Below, piece by piece: positions 23,444 to 36,593 of a stretch of 64,000 nucleotides of DNA (position 1 is its first letter; the number at the start of each line of letters is the position of its first letter). A program made the translations under genes and the position numbers. The notes under the pieces were generated by a model that was given only the letters and a program-made list of their open reading frames with translations, did no database searches and was not told the DNA's origin. Source of the DNA: Macrostomum lignano (taxonomy: Eukaryota); contig NIVC01000208.1 of the NCBI GenBank assembly GCA_002269645.1, positions 434,001 to 498,000 on the forward strand, given 5' to 3'.

Positions 23444-24254
23444 CTACAGAGTGTAAGCCTCAATCTCGCAAATGGTCAGGCTCTCGCTGCGCAGGTTCGT
23501 CACTCGAACTCGGCTGCCGAAGGCGTTGCAGCCGAAGTTGGCCACGGAAAACGGCTCTCTCAGGTTCACTCGGTTGCACTCGACGCCGTTCACGTGCAGC
23601 GAGAATTTGTTGATCCGGCCAGCGCAGCAGTCCTGCCTATTGTAGATGGTGACGTATGAGACAAGCGATGGAGCGGCCAGCTGCCCCTCCCACCATTCGA
23701 ACGGGTTGTTTTCGGTGTGGGCGCAGGAATCTCCATAGTAGTCTTGGTTCCTGTTTCCGTCAATTGCTCGTCCGCAAACGCCCGGTGTTTTCGTTGAGCT
23801 CTGCGTGCAGCTTCCGAATTGCAGCCGAGTTTGTGAGTCTGGAAATTAGTGGCAGTCAGAGTACTTGTACCACGAGCTTGTCACATTATATTTAGGCACA
23901 CAATAATTTCCACAAGATTGAATAAGCCAGTTCCGAATACTTGGTGCATGGCATCTTACCGACAATCCTGGTGTACACATCGCATGACTCCGAGACCTGC
24001 CAGCCATCGGGGCTGTTGAAGGCCAGCCAGTCAAAGAGTCGGCACAGACCCTGCAGCCAGCTGAAGCCGAAACAGGTGGGCCTCAAAGCGCAGAGCGTGG
24101 CGCAGTTCATTGAATCCCTGCCACGCAGGGTCGCCATGGCAACTGGAGTCGAGGTGCTGCGCAGTTTGACCACCTTGAATTTGAGGTGGACGGTCATGGC
24201 AAACGAAATTTTCAATGTATAGCATAGCAGCAGAAGCAGAATTAGCTTCATCAT
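23444..24254 (-). CDS. Secreted PAN/Apple + F-type lectin protein, copy B, about 229 aa, intact; exons 24254-23960 and 23838-23444
   Basis: 295+395 = 690 nt in frame. Contains the canonical fucose-binding signature H-x26-R-x-D-x4-R (CAHTENNPFEWWEGQLAAPSLVSYVTIYNRQDCCAGR). Confidence 0.92.
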
Positions 24255-24314
24255 TAGCTAGCAGAAGCTGGTGTCAGTGTTTCAGTGTCCAACATCAGTA
24301 GAAACAAACGGTTG

Positions 24315-24321
24315 CTTTATA
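24315..24321 (-). promoter_or_regulatory. TATA box of lectin copy B
   Basis: TATAAAG at the position equivalent to copy A. Confidence 0.5.
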
Positions 24322-26440
24322 GAGTTTTTCGTGATAAAAGCGACGCCTAGTGATTATTGGCTCGATCTATCTCTCTCTTCCAAACTTGGGCAAGCCGCTT
24401 GCTTCATTTCGAATTTGCCAGTGGAAGCATGGCCGTGAGTTTGCTCAATAAAGAAGGAAGATGCACAGCTAGTTACGAATCAGCGAGCTATCTTGCTGCA
24501 TCTTGAAGCTAGCTACATCTAACGGGTACAGAATCACGACTTCGATCCGATAAGACCTTCGATTCTGCAGCGACCCTAACTTCACTGTATCACAGAGGCT
24601 GACCCTCTAAGGGCGTTAATAATTTCACGAGCAGACCTAAGCTGAGATACCAATTTTAGACCAAAATTAATGTCACTGCACTTGACATTAGACACGCATT
24701 AAAGCTTGTATCAATTCAAGAGAATTTTAAATTCATTCTTCTCCATGAAGAGTGCAAGCTGCATGGCTTACAGTTTATATTGCCTGATCGATGGCAACGC
24801 TCGAAATGGAGACCGGTTGAAGTCCTGATGATAGCTGACGTAAAATCTCGTTCGGGTGTCCTTAGTCCCCGGTGTCACCTACTGAAGAATGTGTCTTCGA
24901 TGCCCAGCAGTTGAGGGATTTGCCCACTGTCGAGGCCAGAGACCAGTGACGAACGAAGTCCGAGTCAGTGATGCTGATGAAATTTGGAGGCTTGGCACAG
25001 GGGTGTGTATTGGATACAGTGGCGCTTGTGGAAAAAATCCGACCCTCTGATAAATTTGTTGAATATCTGGACGGTCCTCACGACGGAGCTGGCTTGCAAA
25101 AATTTAACGTTGTCACCTTTTATTATTCGAGCTTTACAAACAGCCATTCTTTTAATTTTGTATTCTAATCAATCACAGACGCTGTAGATGCTGTAGGGCC
25201 TAGATTAGCTGCCTTTGTTTCTGAGACCTTTGTAACGGCTTGGTTTCGGTTGGCTCTGGCTTTTGAAGTATCAATCATCAGAAGAGAATGGATAGTTTGA
25301 GACCTATAAAGCTCATACAAGAACATTGAGTCCAATTCATTGATCAGCAATTCGATAGCTTTCTGTTCTTTTATAAATTGTACATGTATTTTAATAGAGT
25401 TTAGCTCGTAATTCACGATAGACGAAGCATTTTAGAAAGCTAGGGAATTTTGAATTTTTTTCAAAATCTCAAAGTTCACGTTCAAAACTACAGGATGAGT
25501 CGTAGACATATTATATCAAAAAAGACTTTCAAAAAAATTGTAATACTAGAGCGTTTACTTGCTTCGTCACACTACTCTTAGTAGTCTTAGTAGTCTGGTA
25601 GCTGAATAGATAGGAATTGAGATGGTATAAGCTGCAGCCTCCTTTGTTCCCTAAAAAAGTAAAAAAAAGATTAAAAATCAATAAGTTTTCATGCCTTTTT
25701 AATAATAGATATGAAAGCATTAATAGGAGAACTTCTCAAATGGCAATGGACGGAGCAGGCTCCACTGCCACCTGGGTCAATGTCAGTTTAGAGTAAATTT
25801 ATTTATGTTTTTGATATTTTAAAAATCAGATAATTAATAAAACATTATTTTTCAGAATTTTATTAGTGAAAAGAAGTGATAAAAGCGTCACATAGTTGAA
25901 TACGTGAAAAATAATTGTCTGAAATATCAGTTGTATGTAATCTTGAATTTTTGTCAGTGAATAATCTACAGCTTTGAATCACTATTTTGTTTAATTAATT
26001 GATTTCTCAGGGAAAAATACAAGAAAAGTCAGATAAGGTCACACGGATTAATTAATTATGAATAAAATAAAAACAAGCATTGGTGTCCAATCCATCAGTA
26101 TCTAAAGGGCTAAAAACCAAGACTCTACCTACAAAGAGCAATATTTATATGCATAGAAAACGTTCGATATCGACTACCCCTTTCAATATTTGTCAAGGGT
26201 CAGTCGCACAATAGCATGAACAGGTATAAGAGCAGACCACATGATTCTAAAATTTTATCAAGAAGTTATTTGAATGTGCATCAATATGCAGAGTAGAAGA
26301 ATGTGCTCAGCCACGCCGCGCCTCTTATTAAATTTCTTGTCCTTTTTCAGCTTGCAACACCAGAAGCTGACCTCGCAAATCATGCATAATTTGTTAATTG
26401 AAAAATTATTTGTTGAAAAACAAACGTGACATCAATGCAT

Positions 26441-29400
26441 TCACCAGCCCGCTGGCCAGCCAGGACGTCCGGAAGAGACACCTGCGCCGCCTCCGCTTCG
26501 CTGACCACCGCCGCGTGTCCTCGTCGCGGAACCTCTGGCCGAAGCTCGCGACGCTGCCGAGCTTGGACGTGACGAAGCCGACACTCCGCCTGCGGCTGCG
26601 CTGCCAGGCCGAACAATGCTGGTGGACGAGTGCACCCTGGAGACTGGCTGGCAGTACGGGTTCTGCGTGATCCTTGGTTGACGATAGTTCGACTCTTCTC
26701 CGAGAAGTGAGAGCGGCAGACCGAAGCTGGCCTGCCGCTTGTAGTCGGAGATCATCTCGTCCCGGCTCATGCCGCGGGTGGGTCGGATTTGCTTCAGGCG
26801 TTGGAAGATTTTCTGTCGAAGCGAGATTAATAATAATGTAATGCCTCTCTGATTCTGTAATACCTCTTTGACACTGTAATGCCTCTCTGACACTGAAATA
26901 CCTCTCTGAGACTGTAATACCTCTTTGACACTGTAATGCCTCTCTGAGACTGTAATACCTCTCTGACACTGTAATACCTCTCTGACACTGTAATACCTCT
27001 CTGACACTGTAATGCCTCTCTGAGACTGTAATACCTCTCTGACACTGTAATACCTCTTTGACACTGTAATGCCTCTCTGAGACTGTAATACCTCTCTGAG
27101 ACTGTAATACCTCTCTGACACTGTAATACCTCTCTGACACTGCAATACCTTCTGATTCTGTAATACCTCTCTGACACTATAATACCTCTCTGACACTGTA
27201 ATGCCTCTCTGACACTGTAATGCCTCTTTGAGACTGTAATACCTCTCTGACACTGTAATACCTCTCTGACACTGCAATACCTTCTGATTCTGTAATACCT
27301 CTCTGACACTATAATACCTTTCTGACACTGTAATGCCTCTCTGACACTGTAATGCCTCTTTGACACTGTAATACCTCTCTGACATTGTAATACCTCTCTG
27401 ACACTGTAATACCTCTCTGACACTGTAATACCTCTCTGACACTGTAATACCTCTATGACACTGTAATACCTCTCTGACACTGTAATACCTCTCTGACACT
27501 GTAATACCTCTCTGACACTGTAATACCTCTCTGACACTGTAATACCTCTCTGACACTGTAATACCTCTCTGACACTGTAATACCTCTTTGACACTGTAAT
27601 ACCTCTCTGACACTGTAATACCTCTCTGACACTGCAATACCTTCTGATTCTGTAATACCTCTCTGACACTATAATACCTCTCTGACACTGTAATGCCTCT
27701 CTGACACTGTAATGCCTCTTTGACACTGTAATACCTCTCTGACATTGTAATACCTCTCTGACACTGTAATACCTCTCTGACACTGTAATACCTCTCTGAC
27801 ACTGCAATACCTCTCTGACACTGTAATGCCTCTCTGATTCTGTAATACCTCTCTGACACTGTAATGCCTCTCTGACACTGTAATACCTCTCTGACACTGT
27901 AATACCTCTCTGACATTGTAATACCTCTCTGACACTGTAATGCCTCTCTGACACTGTAATGCCTCTCTGACACTGTAATGCCTCTCTGACACTGTAATGC
28001 CTCCCTGATACTGTAATGCCTCCCTGATACTGTAATGCCTCTCTGATTTTGTAATACCTCTCTGATTCTGTAATACCTCTCTGACACTGTAATACCTCTC
28101 TGACACTGCCATACCTCTCTGACACAGCAATACCTCTCTGACACTGTAATACCTCTCTGACACTGTAATACCTCTCTGACACTGTAATGCCTCTCTGAGA
28201 CTGTAATACCTCTCTGACACTGTAATACCTCTTTGACACTGTAATGCCTCTCTGAGACTGTAATACCTCTCTGAGACTGTAATACCTCTCTGACACTGTA
28301 ATACCTCTCTGACACTGCAATACCTTCTGATTCTGTAATACCTCCCTGATACTGTAATGCCTCTCTGATTCTGTAATACCTCTCTGACACTGCAATACCT
28401 CTTTGACACTGCAATACCTACTACTTGCAATTAAACTCCCAGAGTTAAAAAACTCACTCTATTCTCCTCCTCAATGCGCCTCTGTTCCTTCTGCCGGTTG
28501 ACAGTGGAATGGTGCGGCCTCTTCACCGGTGGATCAATATTGTTTGGTTTCTTAGCCCGGTTCTTAGTCCGCATAAGGTTGTACAGCAGTCGCTGGTTCT
28601 CAGCCTCGATGTCGTGAATTCTGCTCATAGACTGGGTGCCGCTGTGAAGGCCTGTCGGATGGGGGTTATGGGTGACCCGTCAATCAGTGATTCAGTGACC
28701 TGTCAGACCTTTTTATTACATCCAGAAGGCTGTGTGCACCCTGGCGCACATCAAGCGACATTGTCACACAACCGGCGAGAGGCATTGCTGCCCATTCCGC
28801 CGACTCCCCTGAGCAGGCACACAAGCGCGCGGATACGTACGCAGTCATACGCACAGGCACACACTCACACAGGAGTGTACAGCGGCCCTAACTTTATTTA
28901 TCGTTAGGCATGTACACTTCACTGCGCCTTGGGGGTTGGCCATCAAGGCCGTCAATTGTGATGACTTCACTTAAAATCGAGCGCTACGCCCCCTCTCCCC
29001 ACGTCACACCCTTAATCCCCAAGAGGACTCAGTGACACCGTCAGCCCCTTAATCTCCTAGGGGACTCAGTGACCCCGTCAGCCCCTTAATCCCCTAGGGG
29101 GCTCGGTGACCGTCTGGATGCAGAGCCCGTACCGGATCTCTGTGGCCCGGCTGACTGGCCCCTCCGCTTGTCCAGTTCGACCAGCGCTCGCACGATGGTC
29201 TCCATGTTGATTCGGTCCTCATCGCGATCCTCTGCTCCGCCTTGGTGACCAGCGGCAACGCGCGGCGGCTTCCGGGCGGACAAATCGGCGGCGTCGCCCA
29301 TGGCAGCGGCTCGCGGACTGTCGTGGCCTCTTGGCGAGGACAGTGGGCTGACGTCGGTGACATCGCTGGCGCTGCTGCTGTTGCTGCGGCTGCGACTGCT

Positions 29401-32400
29401 GCCTCGTTTCCGGTTTCTTCCAGAAGAAGAGCTGCGACTTCTCGACGACTTCGAAGCGCTCCGGCTGCGGATTTGACGACGCCGCGGTGACGAGCTTCGC
29501 TTGGTCTCGTCCTCATCCTGATCCCTGTCGCTGCCGCTGCGACTGTCCCGACTGCGACTTCTTCGTCTGGACGTTGGCGGCGAGGGAGACCGAGATAGAC
29601 GACGGGGACTCCGTTCAGGCGAAGAGTTTTCGGGCGAATCTTTGGCCTTCTTTACCTGCCGCGGCGTGGGGCTCGGACTTTGACGATTCGAATCGTCTAG
29701 ATTGTTCGACGGACTTCGTCGACTGCCGGCGCTCCTGGCGCTTGCCTGGGCATCGTTCCTGTAGTATTGTCAGCAATGCAATGCGACTGTTTTTAATGCT
29801 TTCTATTTAAGGACTACAGTTACAGGTAAAAAACAATGAATATTGTGAGCTTGCTTTTCTACATCTGATCTGAAGGAAATCTGAAGGAGTGAAGGGTGGA
29901 CAATGTGTAGAGTTGGGTGGAAGAGTGGGTAGAGAGAACGGAGGAAGGTGGGTGGAGGAGGGGTGGAGAGAATGGAAGGAGGTGGGTGTAAGGGGCAGAG
30001 AGAATAGAGGGAGGTGGGTGGAAGGGGCAGAGAGAATAGAGGGAGGTGGGTGTAAGGGGCAGAGAGAATAGAGGGAGGTGGGTGGAAGGGGCAGAGAGAA
30101 TAGAGGGAGGTGGGTGGAAGGGGCAGAGAGAATAGAGGGAGGTGGGTGGAAGGGGCAGAGAGAATAGAGGGAGGTGGGTGGAAGGGGCAGAGAGAATAGA
30201 GGGAGGTGGGTGTAAGGGGCAGAGAGAATAGAGGGAGGTGGGTGGAAGGGGCAGAGAGAATAGAGGGAGGTGGGTGGAAGGGGCAGAGAGAATAGAGGGA
30301 GGTGGGTGGAAGGGGCAGAGAGAATAGAGGGAGGTGGGTGTAAGGGGCAGAGAGAATAGAGGGAGGTGGGTGTAAGGGGCAGAGAGAATAGAGGGAGGTG
30401 GGTGGAAGGGGCAGAGAGAATAGAGGGAGGTGGGTGGAAGGGGCAGAGAGAATAGAGGGAGGTGGGTGGAAGGGGCAGAGAGAATAGAGGGAGGTGGGTG
30501 GAAGGGGCAGAGAATGAAGCGGACATGGGTAGAAGAGGGGTAGAGAGAATGGATGTGGGTGAAAGAGGGGTAGAGAGAATGGAGGTGGGTGGAAGTGGGG
30601 TAGAGAGAATGGAGGTGGGTGGAAGTGGGGTAGAGAGAATGGAGGGGAGGTGGGTGGAAGTGGGGTAGAGAGAATGGAGGTGGGTGGGAGAGGAGTAGAA
30701 AGAATAGAGATGGGTGGAAGAGGAGTAGAGAATGGAGGGGAGGTGGGTGGAAGTGGGATAGAGAGCTGGACAGCATGAAACAAAACTGTGACAATGGAAC
30801 CCATTAACTCCACGTGTGCAAAAAAAGTGAAACAACTGCATAAAATATCATAAATTAAAGTACCTCATCTTTGAACAGTCAATGAACAAGGCTAATTTTA
30901 AGTGCTTGAGAAACAGTGAACTTACTCGCAATTTTCTCTTGAATTATCACTCATATCATTTTAGTCAATAATTATATATTCTGCAGACAAGCTTAGAAAG
31001 GTTTTAGTATTGTATTGGCACTGGCTCCTCGCTATGAACTATGCCAACTTTCTGAGCATTTAGGTTATGTACTGGGCCGCAACTCCATTAAATATGCAGC
31101 TAACAATAGCATGGCACTGATGGGCTGACTTTTGATTGGGTTTCTCTGGGTGAGAATTAATAATTAATTTTGTAATGCAGTTATGCATGCAGCAAAGTGT
31201 GCTGAGAGTTTTAAGCATACTGTCTATGATTCTAACATGAATCATTTGCCCTGATGATCCTGCCAGCCCTTGCTAAGAAAGTCACTGAAGTTTTTTGTGA
31301 TTTGTATGAATATTGAATGCATGCTTTGCTATAAACTGTTGTAAATACCCCCATAAAGCCGTATACTTTACCAAAAATCATCATCAAAAACACCTGAAAT
31401 TTTTGTAAAAAGTTTAGCAAAGATTTGTCAATAATTTATAGATTTTATTAAATTTTACTTTAAATATTGAATATATTAATTGGTAAAAAATAGATCAATA
31501 AAAATTTGCTAGTTGAAATTCTTTATTTTATACATGTAAAAACCTTATTGAAAAACTTTCCTTCAGTGGAGCTGGAGCAAGCAAGCAAAAATAGCTGATA
31601 TACAAAGTCATTGGTGCTTGCTATGCAGTCACATATAAACCCTAGATTTATAGTTAGTTTCATTTATGTTTACTATTAGATAAATCTAAAAATTAACAAA
31701 GCATTTATTTTGAGCTGCTCTAAATGATAAAGATACAACTTAATTTTGACTTTTTATTTAAAGGTTTTGAATTGACCATATAAGCATTTATAGAAATAAA
31801 TATTTAGAAAATACTATTGACATTTTATGCTTACATAGCTATAGCATCAGTTGGTTTTGTTGGATCTGTTTGCTATTTTTGCAATAACAATAATTTAATT
31901 GTTAACAGTATTAACAACTCTTGCAAAAAGAAAAAATTATTTATTGTTCTATTTGATTCTATTATTTAAATTATAAGATTTATATTACGAGGCAGTGTGG
32001 CGATTAGGGTTCATTCAATTATTCATATAACTATAGTGTACTTTAACTTGAGCTATTTCATGTTTTAAATATTAATGCCTTCAAATGGTTGCTTTTGCTT
32101 ACGTACTTAATTTTTTGCGTTTATAGGCATAGGCTTTAATAGGTACGTGAAAATTAAAAACGAAGAAAACCCAACCCCATGATCTTTATAGTCAAGATAT
32201 ATTTGAAGTGCAAGGTCAAAGATTTACGATTTTAGTATTTTTTTCCATGAAGTGATTGAACTCCAAATTTAAATTACTGGTTATAAAGTAGAAAAATTAT
32301 ATTAAAAACCCTGTAGCCTTAACAAAAGCTATATCATCACAAATAAAAAGCACTGGATCCCTGTGGCTCGGCTCAGGTCAGGCTCAGTGGCTCGTGGCTG

Positions 32401-32535
32401 TAGGAAAAGAATTGGTTAAAAGTTAACTATTACTCACTCTGCTTTTCTCGAGCTCTCTGGGCCATCAGAAAAGAAGTCAAAGTCGACTGATCCTTTCAAT
32501 TCTTCGTCGTCATAACTTGGTCTTCGGTGAGACAT
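26441..32535 (-). CDS. CFAP97: Cilia- and flagella-associated protein 97 (KIAA1430/hemingway family), about 429 aa; exons 32535-32438, 29758-29133, 28651-28458, 26812-26441
   Basis: Recognised family blocks: N-terminal ELKGSVDFDFF, DVTDVSPLSSP, INMETIVRALVELDK, DIEAENQRLL, HHSTVNRQKEQRRIEEENR|KIFQRLKQIRPTRGMSR and a terminal RPGW. Intron phases 2,1,0 are compatible; total 1290 nt. Confidence 0.9.
26830..28415. repeat. 19-bp minisatellite (about 83 units) filling CFAP97 intron 3
   Basis: Unit CTGTAATACCTCTCTGACA. Confidence 0.97.
29005..29115. repeat. 37-bp repeat, 3 copies, in CFAP97 intron 2
   Basis: CTTAAT recurs at 29011, 29048 and 29085 within CCCCTTAATCCCCTAGGGGACTCAGTGACCCCGTCAG-like units. 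Confidence 0.85.
29900..30770. repeat. 32-bp G-rich minisatellite in CFAP97 intron 1
   Basis: Unit AGAGAATAGAGGGAGGTGGGTGGAAGGGGCAG, with degenerate flanks. Confidence 0.95.
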
Positions 32536-34009
32536 TACATTCGGGTAAGTCTAAGCATAGCTAGCAGTGAATTACAATGCGGAATGCAAGTAATGAATAA
32601 AAAATGATATTGTAAAGTTAAAAGGATCCTAACGCCTCAAAAACAACTTAAAAGCCCTTCTTTTTTATATATTTTTATGTATAAGAAGCATATTTTAAAT
32701 GCGTATTCTATATTTAAAAAAGGAAGTTAAAAGAACCTGTTAGTTAAACTTTTTTTTTGTTTAAATGTTCAAAAGCAAATTTGAAAAAGCCGGACTTTCT
32801 AAGCCCTAAAATATGAAATAATTTATAAAGATTCGACCATCCAACCTAATCTAAAAAAATAAAACTTACACACCTTCAACAATCTAAATATTTCTTTCTA
32901 AAAAATTTAGCCTTCTCTTCGAAATAAAACTAGTCGTTTTTAAGCTTTCACGTTACAGAACATAAAAAAGTATACACTAGCTATACCGAAACATTGCACA
33001 CATAGTGATCAGTAAATGATGCAAATTAGCGAGTACATATCGGTCTTTATTATTTAAGTAGATGTTAGAATTGACTACAAAAGCTTGTTTGGACTTGGAC
33101 TTTGGCTTGCATTACTTATATTTGTTGAAGCAATGTATAAGTAATGTAAAATACATTCTACTGTTACATGTACATGTACATGGTGCTTGATACACGCTGT
33201 TGATATTATGTTTTAGGATGTGTACGAGTATGAGGATACAGTGTATGTTCTCTCAGGAGTCAGCGAAATGGGCAGAGTAGCCGGTTTTGCACCAGAGTAC
33301 TTGGCTTGCTGAATTAAACTTCTTTTTGAGTTTTCTGGGGACATCATGCATTAAATGTACATTAGATGGATTTAGAGAAGGCTTATATGCTAAACTGGAG
33401 CAGCGGTAGAACCTCTAACATGCTAGCATTCAGCTTCAGTAATTATTTAACATGTAGCCAAGGAGAGAGGCGTTGCAGCATCAGCTCAAAAAAGCGAAAG
33501 AAACACAAAGAGGAGCAATAGTTCTGTAGAGTCAGCAGGATTTTCCCAGATAGGATAGGAAACTAGGAGCGTTTTCTAAACTTTGGGCTGCGCATTAATC
33601 CTCTAAGCTTAGGAGTAAAAGTGCATGGATCTGTAAAACCAAACAGACTTGAGGATGATTCTCTGCAGAATTTTGGGATCGGTGGGAGGATCTTAATTCT
33701 CACGACTTCACGGGGGAATGCGTCAGACCCGATCAGCCTGCCTAAATAACGTCAGGGGCTGTTCCTATGAGGAACTGCCATTTCCCAGACTCCCTTATTG
33801 ATGAGGCACATGTGTGCTGCAGCCTTGACTCAAAAGTCGCAGCTTAGATTCGCTGCTCAATCATTGAAAGATGAAGCGGAGTGATGTAGACTACTGTGCT
33901 CCGTCTTTTTGCAAGCCAATTTTCTCCAGCATGCCATCGTTCTCCGCGTTTGCGTGCAATCTTGCACCGTTTACTCGGCGTGTGTTAAATATCTGGATTT
34001 ACCTTGAGT

Positions 34010-34960
34010 AAGACTTCCCTGATCTCTCCTGTCTTCTCTCTTCTCTCCTCCCGCCTTCTCCCGTCTCTCCGCCCTCTCACTTCCCTCTCTCCCCTCCCTC
34101 TCTCCCCTCCCTCTCTCCCCTCCCTCTCTCCTCCCCTCTCTCCTCCCCTCTCTCCTCCCCTCTCTCCTACCCTCTCTCCCCTCCCTCTCTCCTCCCCTCT
34201 CTCCCCTCCCTCTCCCCTCCCTCTCTCCTCCCCTCTCTCCTCCCCTCTGTGCTCCCCTCTCTCCTACCCTCTCTCCTACCCTCTCTCCTCCCCTCTCTCC
34301 TCCCCTCTCTCCTCCCCTCTCTCCTCCCCTCTCTCCCCTCCCTCTCTCCTCCCCTCTCTCCTCCCCTCTCTCCTCCCCTCTCTTCCCTCCCTCTCTCCTC
34401 CCTCTCTCCTCCCCTCTCTCCTCCCCTCTCTCCTACCCTCTCCCCTCCCCTCTCTCCTCCCCTCTCTCCTCCCCTCTCTCTTCTCCTCTCTCCTCCTCTC
34501 TCTCCTCTCCTCTCTCCTCCTCTCTCTCCTCTCCTCTCTCCCCTCTCTCCTCCCCTCTCCCCTCCCCTCTCTCCTCCCCTCTCTCTTCTCCTCTCTCCTC
34601 CTCTCTCTCCTCTCCTCTCTCCTCCTCTCTCCTCTCCTCTCTCCTCCTCTCTCTCCTCTCCTCTCTCCCCTCTCTCCTCCCCTCTCTCTTCTCCTCTCTC
34701 CTCCTCTCTCTCCTCTCCTCTCTCCCCTCCCTCTCTCCTCCCCTCTCTCCTCCCCTCTCTCCTACCCTCTCTCCTCCCCTCTCTCCTCCCCTCTCTCCTC
34801 CCCTCTCCCCTCCCCTCTCTCCTCCCCTCTCTCTTCTCCTCTCTCCTCCTCTCTCTCCTCTCCTCTCTCCCCTCCCTCTCTCCTCCCCCCTCTCCCCCCC
34901 TCTCTCCTTTCTCTCTCCTCCCTCTCTCTCCTTCTTTCTATTCTCCCCTCTATCCCTCTT
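34010..34960. repeat. C/T-only low-complexity satellite
   Basis: CTCTCTCCTCCC-type units. Confidence 0.95.
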
Positions 34961-35315
34961 TCTATCCTTTCTCTGCATAGATGCTTGAAATGCAATCAGT
35001 TTGTGGGTTGCCAAGAATCCATCAGGAGTATACAAAGTAAAAGTACTCTCAGAAACGGGATTCACACGATTGGACAGTGAGTGAAGCTTGAACCCCATGC
35101 CTACAATTGGCTCAGATGCTGCAGTGTGCTCAACTATCCATTTTCCATCGGCCCCATCCAGTTTGTCAGCTTGTTGCAAACTAAACTAAGCTAAAATAAA
35201 AAAGGCCGTTTTACTGACGATTATTGTATGCAAGATACTGGAAACTGGCTGTGCCACAAATCTGAAGTTTGCTGGTGAGTCTGTTGTGTGCTTTATTGCT
35301 CTAATAACATTTTTC

Positions 35316-35316
<1 letters not shown>

Positions 35317-35392
<76 letters not shown>

Positions 35393-35393
35393 T

Positions 35394-35440
<47 letters not shown>

Positions 35441-35502
35441 TACAGACAGACAGACAGACATACATACAGACAGACAGACAGACAGACATACAGACAGACA
35501 GC

Positions 35503-35576
<74 letters not shown>

Positions 35577-35645
35577 GGCAGGCAGGCAGGCAGGCAGGCA
35601 GACAGACAGACAGACAGACAGGCAGGCAGGCAGGCAGGCAGGCAG
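35317..35645. repeat. (GACA)n/(GGCA)n microsatellite
   Basis: Directly visible. Confidence 0.97.
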
Positions 35646-36115
35646 TTCAACCATGATATTATAGATTCTCTGTGTATATTCGGCCTTTACTTCTCTCTTA
35701 GCCAAAAAGATTTGCCCATAAGCCTCTTGTCTCCTGTGATAGCCAAAGTGCATAAAAGCTGCATGGGAGGGCTGGCCGGCAGCAGCAATCACTAAGGCAA
35801 TAATCTTCCTTCATTTCAGAAAAGTCGCTCATTCGTTCTGGTTCCCTGCCTCCCTAACTCCCTTGGTGCAATTGTCTTCCTGTCTGCGTCCTCTTCATTT
35901 CGTCAGCGAGAAGATCCTGTCAAAGGTGATGCTAACTAGCGAAGGCATGTGAAGGCTGAGATTAGTCAAGGAGGCCTTATACCGCCAACATCATAACGAT
36001 GACGTGCATTAGGCCTGTTCGCGTGTAATTTATTTCAATTCGGACAGTATGTACTTTTGATTCCGAGTTGAAAGGAACGCTAAAACTTTAGCTTGTGAAG
36101 TTAGATTCTCTGAAC

Positions 36116-36593
36116 TCGCTTCAGGGACTATCAATGCACACTTCAGCCTGTAAATAAGTCGCTTCAGGGACTATCAATGCACACTTCAGGCTGTAAATAA
36201 CTCGCTTCAGGGACTATCAATGCACACTTCAGGCTGTAAATAAGTCGCTTCAGGGACTATCAATGCACACTTCAGGTTGTAAATAAGTCGCTTCAGGGAC
36301 TATCAATGCACACTTCAGGCTGTAAATAACTCGCTTCAGGGACTATCAATGCACACTTCAGCCTGTAAATAAGTCGCTTCAGGGACTATCAATGCACACT
36401 TCAGGCTGTAAATAAGTCGCTTCAGGGACTATCAATGCACACTTCAGGCTGTAAATAACTCGCTTCAGGGACTATCAATGCACACTTCAGGCTGTAAATA
36501 AGTCGCTTCAGGGACTATCAATGCACACTTCAGGCTGTAAATAAGTCGCTTCAGGGACTATCAATGCACACTTCAGGCTGTAAATAAGTCGCT
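36116..36593. repeat. 43-bp near-perfect tandem repeat, 11 units
   Basis: Unit TCGCTTCAGGGACTATCAATGCACACTTCAGGCTGTAAATAAG; no unique spacers. Confidence 0.96.

Noticed and set aside
24880-25416. Short ORFs between the lectin cluster and CFAP97
   Set aside because: No consistent exon chain or motif was found.
26406-27140. Alternative-frame 244-aa ORF over the last CFAP97 exon
   Set aside because: The conserved KIFQRLKQIRP...GM sequence is in the other frame; this ORF is repeat read-through.
32541-32552. Perfect plus-strand donor (CGG|GTAAGT) beside the CFAP97 start, suggesting an overlapping antisense exon
   Set aside because: A single 9-mer without a supporting exon or acceptor is expected by chance.
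36116-36593. 43-bp repeat array resembling CRISPR
   Set aside because: Units are contiguous with no unique spacers, there are no cas genes, and the context is eukaryotic.
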